Shown here piece by piece: positions 25,239 through 37,200 of a stretch of 64,000 nucleotides of DNA (positions are counted from its first letter, which is position 1; each line of letters begins with the position of its first letter). A program made the position numbers and the translations under genes. Source of the stretch: Antedon mediterranea (lineage: Eukaryota > Animalia > Echinodermata). The stretch spans positions 25,717,175 to 25,781,174 of the forward strand of contig NC_092677.1 in NCBI RefSeq assembly GCF_964355755.1, in the 5' to 3' direction. The notes under the pieces are model-generated. The model saw nothing but the letters and a program-made list of their open reading frames with translations. It was not told the origin of the DNA and did not search any database.

Positions 25239-28200
25239 CTACACTTCTTCCGTCAAGCTTTCCTCTCGTTTGATGTACGTACCCCATATGTTTTTAAAGG
25301 TAATACCAGCTTCATTCCAGTGGTCAGCTTTTAATATACTCCTTGGGCTTGGTTCCCATCGCATCTATTAACGAATAATAAAACAAAAAAGGATTAAAAG
25401 TTGAAGCTGGTTCAAAAAAACCCCCCTTAGGGTAAGATTTTACTGGTGTGTTTTTGGAATGTAATAAACAAGAGGGTCCATTTCAGAGTGAAGATGTGTT
25501 GGGACATAAATGAGATTAAATCCTGCCACAGATGTAGAAATTATTTTACTGCACTGTTTATTCAATAATTTTATGAAAATAAAATACCATATATCCTCTC
25601 GGGTCTAATCCCACCCCCTACTTTATGTCTGATTTCACAAACAGGCATATCTCTGGGTATAGTCCCAGTACTGTCTGAATGTAGGCCTCTCTCTCTAGTA
25701 GATGAGTTTTTGCAAGAAGTGCTTACCAATCATTTTTTTTTTCTGAACCAGGGTTTCCCGGGTATAGTCCCACCCCCAAAGTCAGCCCAATTTTCTGATC
25801 TTGGGGGTGGGATTATACAAGAGAATATATGGAATAATAAAAAAAAACTCACAGATACAACAAACATCTCATGATCCTCTACAGTGTACATATCCGCCGG
25901 TGGTGTCAGCGTTTTCGGCGAGCACCAACATGATAATAAGAAATCGCGCGAATACACTATACGCTTATGATCGGATTTTGTTACCGGACCACCGGTCGGC
26001 TTGGTTTCTGAACTGGAGACATCTTTGTAGTGTTCATCACTAACTGGTGGTTTGATATCTCTGTTGCTGGAATCGTCGCTACTCTGCTTGTTAGCTGTAT
26101 CAAAATCCCTCTTATTGGGTTGACTCCTTGTGATGACATCATCAGTGATGTCATTGTTGTTGGTATCTTCGGCTTTCTTTGAACTCAACGTTCTTTGCCA
26201 TCGACTTCTTTGTCCGAACAGAAAGCCTGGTACGGTCTCTTTTTCCAGATGAACATCCTTAATGAAAAAATCAATAATCAATAATTAATAAAAATAAATT
26301 ATTAATAAAAATCAATAATTAATAATAGTTAAATTAAAAAATGTTTGTTTCAACAAAAGGTATAATTAAAAAATAATAAATTATTTTCTTTTAATTAAAA
26401 TTTGTTTATTATTGTACTGTACTTACCCACTCATTCTTATGTTTTGTTATTCTCAAATTTGGAACAGCAGTAGGCTCTGAAAAAAAGTTGTACTAATTTT
26501 ATATTTTGAATATCCAAAGAAAAGATTGTAATTTATAAAGTAATTATTCATGCAATTATTATTTATGTTATAAATAAAAAAATAATATAAATTAAATTAT
26601 ATAATTAAATAATCAATAACGAAAAATATTTAAAATAATTAAGGGTGCAATAATTATATTATACAGTAAATAGTACTTATACAGTATAACACGATTAAAG
26701 GAAGAATTTTGTCCAGGTACCTTTAATCATCAGACGTCGGCGACCCTCTTCTTGCGGTTGTTGTACTGTTTCCGTGTGGTCGTTCGGTAGCTTGTTTTGG
26801 TGGTAGGCGGCAGCCTTAATTGTATGTAACGTAAATAAAGTACAAATTTGGTAAGATTTGACAATTTATTTCTATTTTAAAGTTCAACAACGTATAATTA
26901 AAACATAATTTATTTCACCGTGCGAAAATTTATGTTTATGGAATTATCTAAAAGCGGTAAACTAATAGGTAAAAAGTTAATAGCGCAACCCGCCGTCACA
27001 CCGCACTATGCAGCAGCGAAAGCCGTGGACCGGTACCGCTTCGGTCGGGCGGGTACCTTTCATTTTTCAACGTCGATACAGCTAGCTAGCTAGCTAGCAA
27101 CAACACGGCTGCCTGGTTTTACAGCGATCGCCAAAAATGCTAGTTTTCAAGGCATTATTGGCGTAAAAAACCACGTTTTTACGACCAATGATGACTAAAG
27201 AGATGTTCTTTGCAAGATGTAAATATGAAAATATGTTCGTAGAAATCATAAATGCAAAACACTGAACAACATTGCTAAATGTGCTAGGCCCAACCAAAAC
27301 AAACTGATGGGAGTACATCAAAACAACACACGGTACGCGATGCCATCATGGCGGTGTTGGGTAGAGATTCTACCAACCGTAGTAGTAGTATCTGGTAGGC
27401 CTACGGTACGGGAGAACTTTGAATAATTGTAATAATTTATAAGGATGTTGATTTTACCATTTTGGACTTTTAAATATTCTAATTTATATTTAAAAAATAT
27501 ATTTCAAAGATAATCATCAAAGATTTTTTTGTTTATTCAACTATCTACTACTTACAATACACATGTTATGCGCGATTTGAACGATTTGCGCAATTTGAAA
27601 TTGCGCAAAAAAAATCCTTGCGCAATTTGAATTGAAACATGTGTTTCAAATTGCGCAAGCAACGTATTAAATTGCGCAAGTAATCTGCAAATTGCGCAAG
27701 GTTTTTCGACAGATTGTGAAATCATGCACACCCATATTTTTATAGTAATTTCTAAGAATGATTCAAAATTAAAGATAAATATCGCATTTCCTTATTTTTA
27801 GTAGTGCAAATATTGTTATAAGTTAGCATACCGTCGAAGAACCGACGAAGGAAAACGAAGCGGTGGTGTTCCACCAGGCGGGCGCGGCGCGGGCGGCCGG
27901 CTATACTACTCTAGCCTAGCTAGGGTCTGGACTACTGATACTGACTAGGTTACATGGCCTAGCTTAAACTAATATTAAAAACTTAAAAAGTGAGTATTAA
28001 ACATTATCTTCATTGAAATGGTCTTATTTATATAATAAAATACTAAATTTTAAACTCCTCTGCCTAGGCCTAGCCTAGCCATGTATGGGAAAATTTACAG
28101 TTCGTTTTCAAATTGCGCAAAGGTGTCATATTGCGCAAGAACTATCTTGCGCAATTTACAAATTGTGCAGCGCAATTTAAAATTGCGCAAAGATTTTCTT

Positions 28201-31200
28201 GCGCAATTTGAAATTGCGCAAGTTGATTGCGCAATTTGAAATTGCGCAAAAAAATCCTTGCGCAATTTAAAATTGCGCAAGAATTCTTTGCGCAATTTCA
28301 AATTGCGCAAGGATTTTTTTGCGCAATTTCAAATTGCGCAAATCGTTCAAATCGCGCATAACACACACACAATATAAATTACAGTAAATAAAAAATTACA
28401 GTATATTTTCAAGCAATAAAATACCCTACAAAATTATAAAAACTATAAATATATATTATTTAAATAAATTTGAATGAAGAACCAGGTGTGGTAGTGGTAG
28501 TCCATTCTCCTTGTTTATTTGTCTGTAGGTTCGGTGAAATACATGACCGAATAAAACCAAAAAATGGCCGAATTGTTGATCATGGAGGTGCAAAAATATC
28601 CAGAACTATACGACAGAACACATCCTCAACACAAGAACGTTGAAAGAAAACAAGAAATTTGGGAATTACTTGGCCACAGTCTACAAACAACAGGTTTGAA
28701 GGGATTTGTATCCTACTACAAAAATGACTATATAATTATCAAAGTGCTTATAATTATTGGTAGATATCGGTATCATTTAAATATTTTAGCAAAACACTCA
28801 TCCATTAAATAAACCATTATCTTATGCAGATCTGGTTAACTGCTTTGTAAAGTTTGGTTCCCATTTGGACACAAGTAATTTGACCAATCACGACGCGATG
28901 GATCATCCAAACTATCGCATGTGATTGGTCAGCTTCTGCTTACTTGCGTTGCATCCAAGTGGGAACCAAGCTTAAAGCTCTATCAATCAAACTTTATGCG
29001 ACAAAAAAAATGTGATGTGCCCATATATGGACATGATGATGTCATATCGCTACCATATTTGGGTTCATCACACTTTTTGATAGTGTAGACAGAGCTTTTA
29101 AAACATAACTCCATCTACCTAAACACAAAAAGATAAATAGAAATCTGAATCATCTGTTTATTCAACTTTATCAATACTTCATTTTTATTTATTCCTTCAG
29201 TACATCTTATTTTACCAACTTTGACTTGAGGTTAACATTTTGATTTACAGGAATTGATGCGTCCAAGCGCTGGAAGGATATACGGGATTCATTTGTGAAG
29301 TCAAGACGAAGACTTTCGTCGCCGAAGAATCCAAATAAAGTGTACAAACCTTACAGACATGCCAGATTACTGGATTTCTTGTTGCCTTGTCTGTTGACCT
29401 CTACTAACAGCAAGTAAGTAAAGGTTACATATTGTTAACAGCAAGTAAGTAAAGGTTACATACTGTTAACAGCAAGTAAGTAAAGGTTACACACTGTTAA
29501 CAGCAAGTAAGTAAAGGTTACACACTGTTAACAGCAAGTAAGTAAAGGTTACATAATACTGTTAACAGCAAGTAAGTAAAGGTTACATACTGTTAACAGC
29601 AAGTAAGTAAAGGTTACATACTGTTAACAGCAAGTAAGTAAAGGTTACATACTGTTAACAGCAAGTAAGTAAAGGTTACACACTGTTAACAGCAAGTAAG
29701 TAAAGGTTACACACTGTTAACAGCAAGTAAGTAAAGGTTACATACTGTTAACAGCAAGTAAGTAAAGGTTACATACTGTTAACAGCAAGTAAGTAAAGGT
29801 TACATACTGTTAACAGCAAGTAAGTAAAGGTTACATACTGTTAATAGCAAGTAAGTAAAGGTTACATACTGTTAACAGCAAATAAGTAAAGGTTACATAC
29901 TGTTACTGTAGATGTATTACTAATTACTGTGAAAGTAAAGAGTGAACTAGGAGATAACAGCATAGTGATGGCAACAGGGCAGAGGATGTAACTGTACCTG
30001 TAATTTAGTCCTCTCACTTGCACTGAAGAGCAGCTAGTGTTGCCCGAAAGCTTTAAATAATTTAATTTGGATCGAAATATTATAGTAGCTTAAATTCTCT
30101 ACTATTTTTTTGACGGTTTTACTTTATCATTCTGATTTAGCTTTTTGCTTATTTTATTTGTATCTCCATTGAGATCCAGCCATTAATGCAGTAATTTTCC
30201 TTTCGATATCATTTATAAAATTTAATAATTTAGAACAGTTACAACTATTATTAAAATGAAATTTTTCCCTGCCTAACACCTGAAGATTGAGGAGGTATTT
30301 TTATCTCTCTCTCTCTCATTAAACAGTCTGTAGTGTTAATAAATATGTTGAAATATTAACCCGAGTCTTGATTTTTCATTTAATTAATAATTTAGAAATA
30401 TTATGAAACATACCAATATAAATCGAAACATTTTGTTTTTTTAAACAATGCATACTTATTTATACAATTATGTTGTTAGTGCCAGCAATGAATTTTTTGG
30501 TTAAATTCTTGTTATGTTTAACCAATTCTTGGTACTGTACTACTGTATAGTTTGAATAATGCAAGCCTATCTTGAACACAATGCAGAACATATTACAGAA
30601 CGCTATTACAGAATTTCTCTATGATACAGTACAGTACACTATCAATAAAGTTTGATGTACCCAAATATGGTAGAGATATGCCCAAATATGGTAGAGATAT
30701 GGTCAAATAGGGTAGTGATATGACATCATCATGTCCATATATGGGCACATCACATTTGTTTGTAACATAAAGTTTGATAGTGTAGACAGAGCTTTTTGCG
30801 TGGGTTTTTATAACATGAAACTCTTAAATTCTTAACCATACTTTTTTTTTTTTAGAGGTAAAAAAAGAGTAAGCACTACTACTTTACTGGAAAATGGTGG
30901 AGATGGCGACACAGCGCAAATAATGAATGACGATTTGTTGCAACAACCAGAAAAAAAGATAAAAAAATACCCTAAAGTTTCGTTACAAGAAGACGCAAGC
31001 GATTTAAAGGAAACAAACGCAAACAAAGAAGAACTGTCCGATCTCGATGAAGATGATCTGTTTTTTCGCAGCATGGCTTGTTCGTGTAAGAAACTCCCGC
31101 AGAGCGTCAAATCATTCGTACGCTTTAAGATTCACGAAATTATCTTCCAGGCTGAAAATCAAATAATTGCTGTTTCGGAAATTTCACAACCGCCTGTTAC

Positions 31201-34200
31201 ATCGGAGTGATTCATCGCGTCAGAAAATTTGAAAATAAAAATTACCAAGAAATATATTAAGAATATACTGGGATATAGAATAAAAGGTAGATAAAAATTA
31301 AACCCATTGGCAGATCCAGAATTGTGAAATAGGGGGAGGGGAAACAGGGCCTAAACATAGCAAATTTTAGGTGCTGAACTGAAATTAGTGATCCTATCTC
31401 TTGCATGTTACAATTTGCCATATTTAGGGGGGGGGGGGGAATATGCCTTGAATCCTCCTATGAAACCCATTCACAGAACAAGTTTGAACATGGTCAATAG
31501 AGTCTTTTTTCAACTCTATGCTGCTAGACACTAGAAACAAACTAACTAAAAAGACAAAGAGTAGGTGAATCCTAAACTGCTGTTTTTAATTTGATCAGAA
31601 AGATTTTTTTAAAGTAGTACATGTCTTAACTTTGTTATAATAGAAGTCAATGAATTATCTTAAGTTAGTTTTCAAAATGACATTTTATTTTAACATAATT
31701 TTGATTGGATACTTTGCTAAAAAATAATTACTAAATAGAATCAAGTTTTGTAAAACTCTTGCGTTAAATGCTAGGTTTTAGATTACATTAATTTTTCTAA
31801 AAAGAAAAACATTTTGGCATACATGGCGTGTCATAACTGAGCAGCAATATTTTTAAAAATCAGCCCTACTTATGGCGCTACAGTACATAAAAAGTATAGT
31901 TAAATGTAAATAAGGCCATTATGCTGTAGTATATATTGTTCAAAGAAAAAATAAAGATACACTAGTCAAGTTATATACTTCATTGTTTATATATATTAAT
32001 TGACAATAAATTAAACAAAATTGTCCGATTTGCCTAATTTCCAGGTAGTTTGTGGCTAATACAGATCATTTAAAAAAGTTACAGTGCGTCAGAACACCAA
32101 ACCACATTTAACGTTTTTTTTTCCAACCACCTTTAAAGGATCTTTCACACTTGTTCCAGCACTGTTCTAGTTCAGCAGATCGAACATCATTGTTTTATTT
32201 TCACGACGCTCCACATGACTATGCGCTAAAGAATATGCATGTAGCCGCATGAAAATGAAACCTTGACGTTCAATTGAATTTGCTGGCGCCGGAACAGGTA
32301 GTGTGAAAGACCTTAAAGAGGGTCCCTTCCAGTTTAGCCCAGTTGGTTCACTGATATTCAGGGGCCCTCTTTAATAAAAATTTAAATACATGGCGACAAT
32401 AACAAGGTACATTAGAATTAATATTGGCAGTGGCTTATACATACAGTCTATCAATAGTAACCAAGACTTGCACGTCACTGATGTTGCTTCAATCTATTTT
32501 AAGCTCCAATTTCACACTGGCTATATGTACAGCAGCTGTGTAAATAACTGTTTAAATCTTTAACTTACATTTTTATCTTCATCTATCAGCAAATGCAGCT
32601 TTTTTCTAGCTTGTTCGATATTTACAGTATGCCCACTAAGCACAACTCTTATGTTGCTGGATTTCTTGTCTGTCAAAAAATAGTTATTTTTCAGAAGTAT
32701 GTCCACAAAGAATATGAAAATATTATGAGAAGTTAAGGCAGTTCTCTAAAGCTCTGTCTATACTGTCAAACTTTATGTCACAAAAACATGTGATGTGCCC
32801 ATAAATTATATGGACACGATGATGTCATATCACTACCATAGTATAGCACTACCATATATTTAGGCACATTTAAACACTTTTTTTGTCAAACTAGTTTAGT
32901 TTAGTTTGAATTATTTTGAATTGACTAAAGTACGATAGCATAGTAATAATTCATAAATAACCTTTGCACATATTACTTTCTTTTCATGGTAACAGAATTA
33001 GGCCACAAAGAATATGAAAAGATTATGAGAAGTTGAGCCGTTCTAGAGCCTTGTCTACACTATCAAACTTTGGACATAATGATGTCATATTACTACCATA
33101 TTTGGGCACATCACAATTTTTTTTGTCAAAATAGTTTGATAGTGTAGACGGAGCTTTACATTAATTTAAAAATTATTTTTTTAATTTAATAAAAATCATG
33201 CTAGCATAGTAATAATTCATAAATCCCTTTTTCGCATATTACTTTTTTTCCATGGTAACACTAACACAGAAGTAGGTCCACAAAGACCATGATTATACCA
33301 GAAGTTGAGTCATTTCTCTAATAACAATGACACATATTTATAAATATCTGCCAGTGCCATATTACACTTTTTTTCAATGCAAAATTGTGTCATTAACCTG
33401 TTTACTTTTAAAATGTTATAAACAGTGATAACCTAAAAGCTCACCTTGTTCAAATGATACCTCTACTTTACATGTCGTGCACACATTCTGGAGTGCCAAC
33501 TTTCCCTTTGAAATTACTGCAAATATAATTAAAAATACCATTTATTGATAAATAAATACTGATGGTTACTTTCATCATGCTCAAAAATGGTAGTGATATG
33601 CCCAAATATAGTAGTAATCGGGTCTCCCAATCATTTAATAAAACCAGTGTGTTAAGCTCTGTCCACACTATTTTTGTGTTACAAAATGTGATGTGCCCAA
33701 ATATAGTAGTGATATGTCCAAATATAGTAGTGCTATAACATCATCATGTCCATATATGGGCACATCACATTTATTTGTCACATAAAGTTTGATAGTGTAG
33801 ACAAAGCTTGCGTTCTACAAGCAATGCTGCTCTATTCTGAATAGACAAAATGTAGTGGATAACTTACACTTTTGAGCCTGTTGTTTTGTCAATATCTCTG
33901 TCACAATTGAGAAGTTAGAAGTGGGAGTGGTAGCAGTAGTTAGGCTTTGAGTAGTAGTTGTAGTTGGGCTTTGAGCAGTAGTTGGCCTTTGAGTAGTAGT
34001 AGGGATTTGACCAGTAGTTAGGCTTTGAGTAGTAGTATGAGTAGTTGGCCTTTGAGTAGTAGTATGAGTAGTTGGCCTTCGAGTAGTTCTACCCTGTGAA
34101 AAAAAGTTGTAATACTGTCAGCTTCAAATCGGGAATGCATCTTATCTTATCTATATTAGGCAAATTGTCAAGGAAATCCTGTTCACAAGACAAACATATA

Positions 34201-37200
34201 CAAAAGATGCTCTACATAAACAGTCTTTGGGAGTGGAGTTGTAATTTGTCAAAAATCTTGACATATGACAGGACTTGAACCCAGGACCCTTGGATTGGTA
34301 GTCAATCATCATAACCACCAAGCCACAACTCCACTCCGTATCAAATTCAAGTGTCCTTGTTTGTTAACTAATTTTCAGGTAATAAATAAAGATATCATTC
34401 AAAAGTAGAACATATGTTTTAAGTGGCCACGTTCAGGACCCAGCACAGTGTCCACTTAATAGAGGTGTCCACTGAATAGGGGCTGTAGTGATATTGTCCC
34501 TCATTCTTTTTCATAGGAAAGTGTCCCCTTTATGTGTCCCAAAGAAGGTGATGTACTGTAGTAAATGCTAAAACACTAAATGTGACTACATGGTGGTAAT
34601 CACTTTGTACTTAGATGAGAAGTTTAAAGCTCTGCCTACACTATCAAACTCTATGTTACAAACAAATGTGATGTGCCCATATATGGACATGATGATGTCA
34701 TATCACTACTATGTTTGGGCATATCACTACCATATTTGGGCACATCACACTTTTTTTTCAAACAAGTTTGATAGTGTAGATGGAGCTTTAGTTGGTCATA
34801 CTGCCTGTATCTGCCCAACATTGCATCCATGATATCTGTATGGCCAATTAATTACATTTAAAACCATTTAAAGACGAAAAAAGTTATCTCAATAGCGCCA
34901 TATAGTATTATTTTTACATTAAATAAAGTTTTTGATCTTAAAATAGATCTAAAAAACGTAGGGAAGGTGTCTTTAAATAAGCAAATGTAGGGTTTAGCCT
35001 TACCTCCTGGGTTGCAGGCGGACTAATCGTGCTAGATGATGATGCAGTAATCTTTTCTTTAACAACATCAGTTCTTCCTATATCTTTATCCATTTCCCAT
35101 CCGTTTGCCCGTTTTTTAAACAATTTAAGAAGCTGTAGCCTGGACTGTACATCCACACGTGTACTCCCTGCTATGCATTTTAATGCTTTGAACAACTCAC
35201 TCAATTTATCTGTAGAACGAATATATATATATATATATATCTCAAAATATATTATCTATTCTATTTGTATAAAGCACTTTTGTTCATGCCTTGCATACAG
35301 TAAGCCAAACACACAGAAGATTAGGTCGCAGGATTTTATTATTTTTTTGCACACAGTTTAACAGAAAAATATGCACTTTTTTTACCAGCTTAAACTAACA
35401 ATACAAACATTATTTTTGCAAAAAATATTCATAAAAAGGAAAGCTCTGCCTACACTATCAAACTAGTTTGACAAAAATCGTGTGATGTGCCCAAATATGA
35501 CAGTGATATTCCCAAATATGGTACTGGTAAGTAGTGATATGACATCATTATGTCCATATATGGGCATATCACATTTTTTTTGGTCACATTAAGTTTGATA
35601 GTGTAGACAGAGCTTTACAAAACAAATATTATTTTTGCAAAATATATTTAATTAAATAAAAGATTTCCTACAAAACATAAGTCCCAAATTGTCGTAGTGG
35701 TAGTTTCTTGTTTAAGAAGCTTTTTTATTTAAGTAGGCCGGAGAATTTCCACATAATATGTGAACAAAAAGCGGCCATTAATTTACCTTTATCATGAGTT
35801 TCTAAATCATGACCATGTTGACAGAGAAGTTGACTTATTCTTTGTACAACTTCATAATCACTTGTTAACTTCAACTGGTTGATGCTGGTTTCAAGGTCTG
35901 CTATTGCCCTTCTATGTGCTGACATTCCTCCCTCTGTTTTCATAGGCCCATATCCAGCCCTATTGTAACAGCCAACAACGGTCTTATTTTGAAGACTTTC
36001 TAAACGAGATGCCATTTTACTGTATCCCCCTGCAATGTATAATAACCGTGTATAAATTTTTTATTAAGATCCAAATTCTCACTTATAAAGTAAATCATCT
36101 TGACATTTTTAATCATAAGGCCTAGATTAGGTTTTTGGTGATTAAATGTACAATAATTGAATAAGGTATATTTCGCCCAAACTAACAAAAATATGAATGA
36201 GGGTAGGTTTATTGTAAATACATAATATAAAAATAACGCTTAAAAAAGAACGACGTTTCGACTCCATCATGGGGTTATTATCAAGTCCAATGAATAAATT
36301 TTAAAACAACTAATTAAATAGCACAAGCCAAGTGTCAAAGTTTAAATAACAAAAGTCCTATTGTCTAACATCCTGTCAAATGAAAAGCTTAGCTTTTACA
36401 GAGTCACTTTGTTTATTCAGACTAGGTTTTAATTGTCTGATATACAACATTTCATAGATAAGACAGTCAAATTTGTTTTTGCATTTCCTAAGTATACTAA
36501 AACATGAATTAATTTTACTTGGATTAACAATCACGTTATGATCCTTTAAATACTGTCCTATTAAGCATCTACTATGTTCAACAATGCGTTGGTAGAGGTG
36601 TCGGCATGTATATCCAACATAACGTGCATCGCACAAGTTACATTTAAATTTATACACAACACATTGTTGACTTATAATAGTTGGTTTCTTTTCGACTTTC
36701 CTAATGTTATCTTTAACTTGTTTACTTATGAATACAGGGACAATGTTTTTGTTTATCTTGTGACTTAGTTGGCATAAAATATGTTTAAAAATTTAAACTA
36801 GGCAATTTTGTAGTTTCATTCAATAAAGTAATTTGCTTTAAAAATAAAGATAAAATAAACAGATAAAGAGTTTTTTTCAAATTATTCCAAAAACCCATTG
36901 ACTTACAGACAATCTCATTGACTTTTTTTTTTAATTTATGGTTTTAAATATTTTTTTTTTATCACATTTTTGGCCAAAGTTTGAGTAACCATATATGCAT
37001 TATAACTTTTCTTTATAATCATTTTTTCATCTTTATCATATTTATATCATTACACTATGGTATAAATTGTTTACATTCAAACACTTTTTAAATCACATTA
37101 ATTTTATATAAAATCAATAAAAACTAATTTTATTATAAATAATTTTCTGTTTGGGCTCATGCCTATTACTCACTCCTGCGAGATGAAATGTAAATCGTAC

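Noticed and set aside
25730-26281. Stand-alone C8orf88 or 4E-BP call for the YSRDFLL ORF
   Set aside because: It is an internal exon with no convincing own start exon and no 4E-BP TPGGT or TOS motifs. It fits better as the Mextli-like C-terminus, though a separate gene is not excluded.
28095-28310. ORF MRNLKLRKEFLRNFKLRK
   Set aside because: Translation of TTGCGCAA subterminal repeats.
29405-29905. CRISPR-like appearance of the 31-bp repeats
   Set aside because: Head-to-tail repeats with no spacers, no cas genes, eukaryotic context.
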